From Phaeosaccion multiseriatum (lineage: Eukaryota; Protista; Ochrophyta, other classes), in assembly GCA_965112735.1 (NCBI GenBank), contig OZ218956.1, positions 1,178,001 through 1,242,000 on the forward strand: 64,000 nt of DNA, written 5' to 3'. Each line of letters begins with the position of its first letter. Positions within the stretch are counted from its first letter, which is position 1. Below the pieces are notes generated by a model. That model was not told the origin of the DNA. It did no database searches and saw only the letters and a program-made list of their open reading frames with translations. A program made the translations under genes and the position numbers. Positions 49,156 to 60,646 of this stretch are shown here, piece after piece.

Positions 49156-52100
49156 CTTTGACTCTTTGCCGAAAACCTCGTTGAGCTGCTGAGTGACTCG
49201 GATGAAGGTGGTGCGTTTGGACAACTCACGCAGCTCCGCGGCCCCCACGTATGTACAAGTAGAGCGGATGCCTCCCAAGACATCCAGTACGGTGTTGCGG
49301 ACAGGCCCGCGGTACAGCACTTGCACGTTTTTGCCTTCGCTGCCTGAGGGGTGGAGGGAGGGAGGGAGAGAGGGAGAGAGGGAGAGGGAGAGGGGGAGGG
49401 AGGGAGGGAGGGAGGGGGGGAGGGAGGGACAGAGGGGAGGGAGGAAGGGAGGGAGGGAGGGAGGGAGGGAGGGAGGGAGGGAGGGAGGGAGGGAGGGAGA
49501 CGGCCAAGTCAAGTACTGTAACTTGCTTCCGACCAGACTACGCTACGCGGTGCTGGCAAGGGGTACAGCATAGGCGTTCGCTTGACGTTATAGGCCCTCT
49601 CGTGTGCCAAAAGCGAGTGACTTTGGCAAGGCTTTATTGCAGTCCCCCTCCCCCCCACTACCCCTTTCTCGCGGGCACGTGACGAGAGAGGCAGGAAAGT
49701 GCCCTCCTTCACCATTTGGCTCTTCGCACTCACTTCTGTACTCTGCCACTCCTCCTGCGTGCTTGTTCATGGCTGTCTGGGACGACATTCCTGCGCACAG
49801 GTGAGTGAGAGAGAAAGAGAGAGAGGGGGTGTATGTGTGTGAGAGAGAGAGGGGGTGTATGTGTGTGTGAGAGTGTGTATGTGTGTGATACAGAGAGAGC
49901 GTGTGTATGTGTGTGATACAGAGAGAGCTGCCCTTTGGTGTTGGTGGTTGGTGTGTGTCATGGAAAGAGCACCGACAGTGAGTCACGCTGACGGGGGTAA
50001 GGAGGGGAGGGTGCCTGTTGCATTGGGCCATGCGTGTGTAGATACGAGGTGTGTGTGTTGGCGCAGCGAAGAAAGGGGTGCATCGCTATCACAGAAGAGA
50101 AGAGAGCAGAGCAGAGTAGAAGCATATAAACACTGAGCGGAGAAGCAGAGCAAGGCGCAAACAGAGTCGGGAGGCGCAGCGCAACGGGGGCAGGACTTTC
50201 ACGTACCGTAGAATGACTTGTACCTGCCAGCAGAGCAGCAGCGTAAAGGTATAAAGGCAGGCCCAGCGGCAAGACACAGCAAGCAGGAGGAGGAGGAGGA
50301 GGAGGAGGAGGAGGAGGAGGAGGAGGAGGAGGAGGAGGAGGAGGAGGAGGAGGAGGAGGAGGAGGAGGAGGAGGAGGAGGAGGAGGAGGAGGAGGAGGAG
50401 GAGGAGGAGGAGGAGGAGGAGGAGGAAGAGGAAGAGGAGAGGAGGAGGAGGAGGAGGAGGAGGAGGAGGAGGAGGAGAGATGAAGAGATGAAGAGCAGAG
50501 AGGACAGGCCACGAAAGACACCGCACAACAGGAAACGGACAAGGGAAAGCAAGGCCACACATCGGCTCTCTCCTCAGAGGCAACAGACACAACATATCCG
50601 CTCTCTCTTCAGAGGCAACATAGAGACAACATATCCGCTCTCCTCTCCTGCGCTGCGTTTGTGTGCGCTTGCTTACGCGCCCGTTCGATGCCGAGTACAT
50701 GGACGTACGTAGAGACGTACCAAGTGTCTCCGATCTTGTTGAGCTCCCCTCCGCTCTCGTCATGCCCTGCGAACATTCCGCCCGCCATGATGAAGTCCGC
50801 GCCGCCGCCAAACGCCTTCGCACAAGGATAAGAGCAAGAGACGGGCGACGAAGGGAGAAAGGGACACGAACAGAGAGAAGAGGAGAGGAGAGGAGAGGAG
50901 AGGAGAGGAGAGGAGAGGAGAGGAGAGGAGAGGAGAGGAGAGGAGAGGAGAGGAGAGGCAGAGGAGTTGGAGTTCCGGTAAGACTTACGACAAAATGAAA
51001 CAAACTCGACGGGGTCTTACCCTTCCGCCCCCCATCGGAAGGGTTCGGGTGGGGTTGGCTCGTAGCTCTCCACACAGGCCCAACAAAGCAGGTAACGAGG
51101 GAAACGAAAGGATGCAGCACTTGCAGAGGACACACAAAAGATTCCCCACAACACCACACACAAATACCGTGTTTCTTTTCTCCCTCCCTCCCCCCCCTCT
51201 GCGGTCTGCCGAGTGCCTGTATGCCTCCACCCGCCTCCTCTGCTTCTCTGCTTTGATGCTCTGAATGCCTCCATGGGCCTCTCTACGTGCCTCCTCTGCT
51301 TCTCTTTGTGCTTCTGTTTGTGCCCGCCTTTTGTCTTGCCTTGGAGAAGTCTCCTGGGCAAGTGCATCCCCCATCGCTGATAATGTGTCCCCTCAGCCCG
51401 TGCGCCGCGTCAGCGCACTCCAGCACCGCGGACAGCTGAGGGTAACCCACCCCCGTCTGCTTGCGAGTCGTGCACACCGAGCCCGGCCCGATGCCCACCT
51501 GGAAACACGCACGCACACACACATACGCAGATACAGACGCACACAGACACAAACACACACACACACGCAACACACACGCACACGCGAAACACACACACGT
51601 CAGGCACGTGTGAAGAAGGACGAAAGAGATATCCAGTGGGCCCAGCCTGAGAGAGAGAGAGTGGCTGTTGTCCTGATGTCCTGATGTCTGGTAGGCCCCA
51701 AGCCCCCTTCCTCCTCTCAGCTCCTCTCCGTACGTAACAATCCAAACGAGCCAACAAGTCAACAAGTCAACAAGTCCACAAGTCAACGAAAAAAAACGCG
51801 ATGTGCCCACCCCCACCTTGACGATGTCCGCTCCAATGAGGATGAGCTCTTCCACCATCTCCCTGTAGTTGTCAATTGGAAGGGGGGTGGAGGAGAAGCA
51901 CCGGGGTCGGTGGGTGAGTGGGTGAGTGGGGTGAGGTGGGGGGGCGGGTTGGTGGAAGAAAGGATCAACATATGCCTCCTCCATACACATACACACACAC
52001 ACGCACGAACAGGTACTTCGGCACAACTACGTATTCTCGGACTCCCACAAGTCTATGTATATACTGCATCAAAATCTCTCACCCAGTGACGACGTTCCCT

Positions 52101-53076
52101 GCTATAATGGTCTTGTCGGGCTGCGCCTCTCGCACCCTGCGGACTTGGTCTGAAAAGAACTCACTTGACGAGGATGATGGGATGGGGATGTGGTGGTTCA
52201 GATTGGGGGGTTGAGCGATGGGAGGGTAGGAGAGGAGGAGGGGAGGGAGGAGAGGGGGAGATAATACGGGCATCGGGTTAGGGCAGAAGCGGGGTGGCTC
52301 ATCAATTGTGATAGTGATACTATTTACAAGGTTTATCTCTCCATCCTTCAATCCATTCCATCCATGCACACACCTGTACCCGTTGGCCACATCTAAGCAC
52401 ACAAACGCCACCTCCGGCACCTTATCCAGCACCGAGTTCACCATGTTGAGGTCACCCGCACTCGTGCCGGCCGACACCGCGACATGGGGGATGGCGACGC
52501 GACCTTCCTCCGTGGAGGCAAAGTCCTCCCACTCCTGCACGGAGTAGTGCTTGTGCATGCAGGTCACGAGCTTGTCGCGGCCCAGAGCTTTGGCCATTGC
52601 GAATGTGCCAACGGTGTCCATGTTGGCAGCCTTAGTTTGTGGGGGGGATGGAAGGGCGAGAGAGGAAGAGGGAGAGGGGGGAGGGGGGCGAAATTAGCAT
52701 CGGGCAGGGTACAGTAGGTGCTAGGAGATTTGGCTTAGTGGAACGGACGGGACGCAGAGCCGAGGTGGGCTACAGAGGCAGTGCTGGAGAGGAGTGTGAG
52801 GGATGGAGGGGGGGCAGCGAAAGGAGAGAAGAGTTTCTAGAGAAAGAAGAGGAGTGAAGGAGAAGGGAAAGCAGGTATGCCATCATGAGTCAAGCATATC
52901 GGCTTTGCATCAGCCGGACTTACCATGATGGGGACACCCGTCCAGGTCTGCTTTGACTGCTTGAAGGTAAAAGTTCGCTCCAGGGATACCTCGGACCTGC
53001 TTCGAAGCGTGGAGCGCTTGGGCCGGATGAGTACATCCTTAAAGTCCAGCTTCACGTCACTCTCAATGCGAGGCAT
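49156..53076 (-). CDS. GMPR: GMP reductase (type 1, GMPR/GuaC), at least 9 exons; final few codons unresolved
   Basis: [122 protein letters not shown]. Exons: 53076-52924, 52630-52374, 52163-52083, 51862-51817, 51498-51340, 50815-~50717, 50223-50207, 49790-49734, 49343-49156. Confidence 0.97.
50286..50477. repeat. Intronic (GAG)n/(CTC)n microsatellite in GMPR
   Basis: Directly visible, just upstream (minus strand) of the 17-nt micro-exon. Confidence 0.92.
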
Positions 53077-53204
53077 CCTCTTATCCTCCTTCAAGCAAAG
53101 GACTATTAAAAAGGCCGGAGAAGAATGCGATGTGAACGGGGGCGGGTGAGACGTTACTTTTAGGCACATGGCGCACGACGTTTTTTGTTTTTTGGTATCT
53201 TTTT

Positions 53205-54638
53205 TTAGGCCTCGTCATCCTCGTCGTCATCGTCCGAGCCTTCGCTGCTGCTGCCGCTACTGCTGCTACCCCCTTCCTCGCCGCTATCTTCATCCTCTGC
53301 CGAGCCTGATTCCGAGCCCGACCCCGAGCTCGACCCCGAGCCTGAGGTGCTGGAGCCTGAGCCGGAGCCTGAGCTGGAGCCCGAGCCATCATCGCTTTCT
53401 GACCCCGAGTCGGAGGAGTCGGAAGCGGACCCTGACCCTGACCCCGACCCCGACTCGGAGTCTGGCTCCGAGTCTGAGCCGCTTTCCTTGTCACTTTCGC
53501 TACCACTGCCACTGCCACTCCCAGTGCCACTCCCACTGCTAGCGGCACTACTACTCCCACTATCCTCCTCCTCTTCCTCCTCCTTCTCCTCTTGGCTCTC
53601 CTGCGCTTCCCCCCTATCGACGTACTTCTCCAACCCGTAGAGAGCCTCCATCCTCCTCCGGAGACCCAACTTGTCCATAGGAACCCCAATGCAGTCCAGA
53701 TCTCGCGCAGTGAGTCCGTGCTTGGCCAGGAAGCCCAAATCGTCATAGCCGGCCATCACAAAGGCCGGGAAGAAGGCGACAGCATCCAGGTCCCTCAGCC
53801 AAAGAGCCATCTTCTTCCGGCCTTCCTCCCGCCCCAAGGCCTGAAGCATGATGTGCAAAATGCCCTCCTCCTGAGCAACACCTGCATGGTCATCGCCTCC
53901 AACGGCTCCACTGTCCGCTTCACCTCCTCCTCTCCCGGTGCTTGGCTGAGTCTGCCTCAGCTGCTCCCTCGCCAGGCCAATGGCACTGAGCCCCGCCGCC
54001 GTCTTATCATTGGGGGACGCCCCGACCCCAACAAGCACCTTCACCACCGCCAAGTGCCGCCCCGCCCTCCCAGGCCCTCCCGCCGCCACGGCATAGTGCA
54101 ATGGGGTCATGCCGTGTGAGTCTCTGGCCGCACAGTCTGCCCCTGCAGACAACAGCAGGCTCACTACAGAGGCGTGGCCGTATCTGCAAGCAACGTGCAG
54201 GGGAGTCTGACCGGGCATGACCGGGTTGCCTCGGGGCATGTCCGGATTGGCGCCAAGTTGCAGCAGCGTCGCGGTCAGAGCGCTGTCGCCCTCTGCCGAG
54301 GCCAGGTGCAGTGGACCCCATTCCTCCCCCGGGAAGGGCTCGTCAATTTCCCCTCCCGCTCTCACCCACTCTTCCAGGGCAGAAGCCCGCTCGCCGGGGC
54401 CCCACTCTTTGTCTTTTTGCCCTCCTAGCAAGGGGTTGTTGGCCTTGTTGCTGCTGGTGCTGCGAAGCTCGCTATAAGGGAGCGGCACAGGTCTTAGCGG
54501 TAGCTCGAACTGGTGGCGGGGGTGCTGCTGCTGTCGCTGTTGCTGCTCTTCCTCCCGCTCCTGCTCCTCCCCCGCCATCATGAGCTCTGGTTCAGGGGGC
54601 TTGAACGAAACGTGCTGAGGAGGAGGCCGCGAGAACAT
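53205..54638 (-). CDS. Ankyrin-repeat plus SAM-domain protein with a Ser/Gly/acidic tail, single exon
   Basis: [35 protein letters not shown], plus SAM-like [36 protein letters not shown]. Confidence 0.88.
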   Translation of the reverse strand: MFSRPPPQHVSFKPPEPELMMAGEEQEREEEQQQRQQQHPRHQFELPLRPVPLPYSELRSTSSNKANNPLLGGQKDKEWGPGERASALEEWVRAGGEIDEPFPGEEWGPLHLASAEGDSALTATLLQLGANPDMPRGNPVMPGQTPLHVACRYGHASVVSLLLSAGADCAARDSHGMTPLHYAVAAGGPGRAGRHLAVVKVLVGVGASPNDKTAAGLSAIGLAREQLRQTQPSTGRGGGEADSGAVGGDDHAGVAQEEGILHIMLQALGREEGRKKMALWLRDLDAVAFFPAFVMAGYDDLGFLAKHGLTARDLDCIGVPMDKLGLRRRMEALYGLEKYVDRGEAQESQEEKEEEEEEDSGSSSAASSGSGTGSGSGSGSESDKESGSDSEPDSESGSGSGSGSASDSSDSGSESDDGSGSSSGSGSGSSTSGSGSSSGSGSESGSAEDEDSGEEGGSSSSGSSSEGSDDDDEDDEA

Positions 54639-55036
54639 TAGGCTGGAGCTCTAGCCCCTTCTAATACTGCTCATAGATAGCCAAGAATAAGAGAGGGGAG
54701 GCGACGGAGGGACAGAAAGTGAAGGACGTCAGAGACAAAACGGCGTCCTATTTTTTGTTCTGTTCTGTAGAAGAGGAAAAACACGGGAAGCCAGGAAGGA
54801 GAGGAGGCATCGTCACAAAGAGGAGGAGCACAAAGGACCTACCTGAGACACGTAGCGAGATGGGAGTTTGGGCGGCAGCTACTCGCTTGTCTTTATCCCG
54901 TTATCAGTTATCAACCTGTTTTTCCTTTTTTGTTTTTTTTGTGAGAGAGTTTTGGTTTTGCGCATGTGGATTCATTGCCATATTTTTGGGTTTGGTCCAC
55001 TCATCGTGGACACACACGATCTTTAGTGAAGGCGCG

Positions 55037-57384
55037 ATGGGAGGTCATAAATCCGAGCCTGCGGGCTGCAACGCGGTTGGAAGCTTCGGCTTCGCAGTGG
55101 GGTTGTTCGGCGGGACCGGCAGCAGCATCGTGATGAAGCTTCTCTTCAGCATGTCCGCGGAAAATAGGTGGGTTGTGCACGTCAATGTCGCTGCGTGTCA
55201 CGCACGTATAGTAGAGAGAAGGAGCCACTCCTGCATTTCTTCTTCAGGAATCCAAGACAGGAAATGGAGGGAAATGCTTGGCTCTGTGTTTGGTCGGTTC
55301 GTGTCGACGCTTTCTAAAACGTCCCCACTTTCATTGGAGACAGGGAGCACCAGCAGCAGCAGCGTAACCCCTCCTCTCTCCCCCCTTCTTCCTCCTGCGC
55401 CCGTCTTGCTCTTGTGACTCGGTTGTTGGCAGCACGGGGACGATGAGCGCATTCGAGAAGCCCCTGTTCCTCAGCTTCGTCATGTTTTTGGCAATGACCC
55501 TGGCGCTGCCCCTCTTCGTGCTGATGCAGCTCTTCAAGCGACCCGAGGAAAGGTGAGGGAGTAAGCGAGCCGACGAAGAGAAGCGAAAGTGACATTTCGC
55601 GCTGGCGCCTGAACAGCCAAGCCAGCAGGCAACAATGGCCCGACTCTATTATGAAGGGAGCCATCGACTTACCTTAGCTCACCTCCTCCTCCTCCTCCTC
55701 CTCCTCCTCCTCCTCCTCCTCCTCCTCCTCCTCCTCATCCTCCTCCTCCTCCTCCTCCTCCTCCTCCTCCTCCTCCTCCTCCTCCTCCTCCTCCTCCTCC
55801 TCCTCCTCCTCCTCCTCCTCCTCCTCCTCCTCCTCCTCCCCCTCCTCCTCCTCCTCCTCCTCCTCCTCCTCCTCCTTCTTCTTCTTCTTCTCCTTCTCCT
55901 TCCCCTTCTCCTTCTCCCTCTCCATGTACCGCCATCCCTCTCTCCCTCTCGCTCCACAGAGACTCCGTACCTTTCCGTGTGCTGCTGTGGCTCTTCATCC
56001 CATCCCTCTTTGACCTGCTGGGCTGCAACTTCGCACAGATCGGCTTAGTGTACACCACTGTGAGCTACTTCCAACTACTGCGCTGCTCCGTCATCATCGT
56101 CACGGCGTTCCTCAAGGCCTTTGTGCTGAAGCAACCTCTGTCTTCCTTCATGTGGTGGTAAGGGGCAGCAGCGATGCAAGTGGCTGTCTCACTTCTTTAA
56201 TGCCTTTGTTGCTCGTCCCTTCGCTGCCCCCCTCACATGTTCTTATTCAATCAAGCTGATGCGTACCTTCACTACCCCCTTCGATGTGTGCGTATTTGAT
56301 CCAAGGTTCCCCTCTCTCACGGCCCCCATGCGTACCCTGCCCTACCCATACTCCTCCCCCCTACTCTGCCCTGCCCTACCCTTCCCTCCCCTGCGCTACC
56401 CCCACCCCCACCCCCGCTCTCCTCTGCCCTGCCCTGCGCTGCCCTCCCCAGGGGTGTGCTAATCAACACCGCAGCCATGATCATGGTGGGCTCCACAAGC
56501 TTCCTCGCCCCTGAAGATGGCGGCGACGGCAAGGGAGGCGCGGATACGAGTAGCAACCCTGTGCTCGGTGTCACCTTCATCCTGCTCAGCTGTGTCGTGC
56601 AGGGCTCGCAGGTGAAGCAGAGCAGAGGCATATGGGCAGGGCAGAGCAGGGCAGAGCAGGGTGGAGGTGTATGGGTAGAGCAGGGCAGAGCAAGATTAAA
56701 GGAGAGCAAAGCGGAGCAAAGCAGCGGAGGGGTGGGGGACTCGGGGGGTGTGGATTGTTGGGGTCTTGTCTATCATGGCACGCCAGGGGGGGACCATCAT
56801 CTCGAATGGAGACACATACATGACATTATATACGCCGCATACATGTGCTCGGAAACCTTCAGCTTTTGCAACGCCCCTCTCTTAACACTCACCGTGTATT
56901 CTTCTCCCATGTTTTTCCGATCGACCTACCTACCTACCCACCTACCCCCCTACCTACCCACCCACCTACCTGCCTTCCTACCTACCTACCTACCTACCTA
57001 CCTACCTACCTACCTACCTACCTACCTCCTTCCTACCTACCTACGTACCTACCTACCTACCTACCTACCTATCTATCTATCTATCTACCTGCCTATCCAC
57101 CCACCTAACTACCTACCTACCTACCTACGACCCACCTCACTTATGAACCGCACCGACCCGCAGTACATCTTCGAGGAGAAGGTGATGGCAGTGGATGACG
57201 CGCCGCCCCTCGTGGTCATCGGCATGGAGGGCCTCTGGGGTACGGCCATCATGCTCCTTGTCTTCCCTGTGGCCTTCATGATCCCAGGAAGCGACAACGG
57301 CAGCTTGGAGAACTTCAGTGACACCATGATCATGATCCAGAACAGCGGCGCTATTCAGGTAGGTGTGTGGGTGTGTGTGGGTGT

Positions 57385-57441
<57 letters not shown>

Positions 57442-59649
57442 GGAGCACCGTTACATGCTCAGTCATTTTTTTAAGCCCTCCCTCCCGCCTTTCGAAGTAA
57501 AGTACTCCCTCCCACCGTTTCCTCTCCCTGCCAACTCACCGCCAACCGAACCCCCGTTTCGTTTACCCCTCCTTTCTTTAACGTCCTCCACCCTTTCACC
57601 CCCTCTTTCACCCCCTCCTCCCTTCTCTCCCCCCTCTCCCCAGACTTTGCTCGTCTTCTTCTTCTTAACGGTGACCACATACAACATCTGCTGCATCTAC
57701 GTCACCGCCTACCTATCCGCCATCTGGCACGCCATCCTAGACAACTTCCGGTAGGAGCCTCACAACTCAAGGGTGGTCCCTCCTCATCCCTCCGCAGCCT
57801 CCCTACTTTCGACCGACTTGAAGTTGCCGAAGCGGAATTGCTCGCTCGCTCACTCGCGCACTTAACACTCACGCACTCACTCACGCACTCACCTACCGAC
57901 TCACTCACTCACTCACTCACTCACTCACTCATTCACTCACTCACTCATTCACTCACTCACTCACTCACTCACTCACTCACTCACTCACTCACGCCCTCCT
58001 ACCCACTCACTCACTCACTCACCCACTCACTACCCACTCACTCACTCACTCACTCACTCACTCACTCAATCACGCACTCACGTACCCACTCACTCACTCA
58101 CCTACTCATTCACGCACTCACCTGCCCACTCACTCTCTCACTCTCTCACTCACTCACCTACCCACTCACTTATTCACGCGCTCACCTACCCACTCACTTA
58201 TTCACTCACTCACTCACTCACTCACCTACTCACCAAACTCCGTCCCTTCCTTCCCGCTCTCTCTTTCACAAGCGTGCTCACTCTTTCCATTGTGGATGTA
58301 TCCCACTCTTTAGTGTGGTGCTCACTCTTTCTATTGTGGATGTATCCCACTCTTTAGTGTGGTGCTCACTCTTTCTATTGTGGATGTATCCCACTCTTTA
58401 GTGTGGAGTATTGCCACGAGGTGTGCCTGCTTGCCGTCCCTCACCAAACGACCCGTCTCCCTCTGCCCTTCCCTCCCTCCCGTTCTGCCTCTCTCTGCTC
58501 TCTCCCCCCCCCCCCCGCCCCCCTTCCTCCTCTCTCCCTCCGTGCCCCCTACCCCCCTCTCTCCCCCCTTCCCTCTCCCTCCTCCCCTACCTTCCCCATG
58601 CAATATACAACATCGCGAACCCCACCAACCCCTGCAGCCCAGTAACGGTGTGGGGCACGGACCTCGTCATCTTCTACTTCATCACAGCAGGGGCCTATGG
58701 AGAGGCCTGGGGCAAGTACTCGTGGCTGCAGTTCTGCGGCATGTTGGTGCTCTTCCTGGGGACTGCCGTGTACAACGGGTCGTGTCGCCTCCCGTGGATC
58801 GATTACGACGCCCCTCAGTACCAGAACATCGGCACACCGGGCATGAAGGCACCCGAGCATGTGAGCAAAAGTTGTGCAAGAGTGTGTGTGTGGATGGGTG
58901 TGGGTGTGTGTGTGTGGGTGGGTGTGTGTGTGTGTGCCTGTGTGTGTTTGAAGCTTCATTTTTTTCGTTTCCACGAAAGTGGGGGTCGGGAAGGCACTTG
59001 ACAGGGACCTTGACAGGGACCTGTGGAAGGGGGGGAGAGGGGCAAGGGCTGCGCTGCGTACGGTCTGACTTGTTGCAGATGGCACCTGGCGGACGGATAT
59101 GACCAGGAGAGGTCAAACATCGTAGAAGTACGGAGCCAGCCGTCGGCTTACCTTGCAGCCTTTTCTGAGTGGGCCCCACCCGAATTTACCACCAGCCTTG
59201 TCCTGAACCCAATCTATCATTCTGTTCAGCTGACTTCCCCGTCTTCGCCATTCGCTTGAGCCTCCACACCCCCCTCGGTGTGACCGCTTCCTTCCTTCCC
59301 TCCTTCCTTCCTTCCTTCTTTCCTTCCGTCCTTGCTGCGTTTCCTCATCCCTTCTCTTCAATACTGCCTCCCTCCGTCCCTTCCTCCCTCCTCCCTCCCT
59401 CCCTCCCTCCCCTGTTTTCACACGAAAATAACAAAACAGATGAACACGGCGTCGTTGATGCACTCGCCTCTGCTACGCCGCCTCAGCGAGAACATGTCCA
59501 GCCCCGCTCAGCACGCACACAGACTCGAGGCAAGGGCGGAGGCGGAGGGGAGGGCCTTCATCCCACCACGGAAGCAAAGAACGGGCAGCGGCGCTACGGA
59601 GCGGTCGAAGCTCATGCAAGGAACCCCTTCCTCCGACTATGGAGTATGA
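55037..59649 (+). CDS. SLC35F6-like drug/metabolite (nucleotide-sugar) transporter, multi-exon
   Basis: FEKPLFLSFVMFLAM, FIPSLFDLLG, VSYFQLLRCSVII, QYIFEEKVM, GMEGLWG, LSAIWHAILDNFR|PVTVW, GEAWGKYSWLQFCGMLVLFLGTAVYNG. Confidence 0.88.
55682..58232. repeat. Intronic SSR set in the transporter gene: (CCT)n 55682-55875, (CTAC)n 56926-57128, (GT)n 57362-57438, (CTCA)n 57860-58232
   Basis: Directly visible. Confidence 0.9.
58274..58405. repeat. Intronic 44-bp minisatellite, three copies
   Basis: Unit GTGCTCACTCTTTC(T/C)ATTGTGGATGTATCCCACTCTTTAGTGTG, contiguous, no spacers. Confidence 0.93.
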
Positions 59650-60646
59650 GGTGGGAGGGTGTATGGAGTTTGAGGTTTAGAAATTGTTAGAAGCTTGTAG
59701 GGGGTACGTAGAGGCGTACTGTATGCCACTGAGGTGTGAGTATGCCACGGAGACACCTCCCTCCCTCCCTCAAGTATTTTCAGTGTGAGGTGTGAGGCGT
59801 GTGTGCGTGCGTGCGTGATGGTGCAAATGCCACTCCACTTGCACTTGATGTTACCTCAATGAGACGCAGTAGGCTTACAGGCTTACAGGCTCACAGGCGG
59901 GTCTTGTAGGCCTCCTACCTTCCACACGATTAGGTCAGTAAGCATCTTCCTCTCTGCCTATATGCCTCTACCTACTGCCAGTCGTGGTACTGGTACTCGG
60001 TAGGGGACCATAGTAGGAGCATTTCAGGGTTAGAGGGAGGGAGCGAGGAGGCAGAGCGAAGCACAATACAATGAACAAAAAATATACTACTGAAAAATAG
60101 AGTCTGAGTTCTGAGTTTGAGAATACAGGTTGGTTGGTTGGTGCTGCAACTCCCCACCACACTTGCCAAGCATCTGCGTCGGGCTTTGCGGGTGGATGGG
60201 TGGCAGGACTGCTTACTTCCCCTCTGGGCGGGCGGGGCTGTCGGTCCGCATTCACGCAGCCACCCCACCCACACACTCACACTCACACTCACACTCACAC
60301 ACGCACTTGGCACCCGCACCAGAGCTTATAAATGGCGTACAACATTTCTTGCAGCCCCTCCCCTCAACACGAAGTAAGCCAAACAAAAACAAACAGATTA
60401 ACAAAGACGCAAAACATCGGGGAAGGGGGCGAGGTGTAAATTGTGCATGAAGCAAGTGAGTGGGGGGGAAGAAGCGAAGGAAAGGCGTGCCTTCAAAAGC
60501 AAAGGGTTTTTGTCTCCAAAACCAGCACTTACGCCGCAACTGTATAAATTTTTCTGTGAAAATGCCTGGTTCTGATTTGACTTGATTCGACCCGATTCGA
60601 CCCGGATCGCCTTCGTGTGAGTCACATTGCTCCCTTTCGTCGCTCG

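Noticed and set aside
53084-53092. Shine-Dalgarno-like AAGGAGG just upstream of the GMPR ATG (minus strand)
   Set aside because: The gene has many spliceosomal introns and GGAGG is ubiquitous here, so this is most likely chance.
58274-58405. CRISPR-like 44-bp repeat with an internal hairpin
   Set aside because: The units are contiguous with no unique spacers, lie in a spliceosomal intron, and there are no cas genes.
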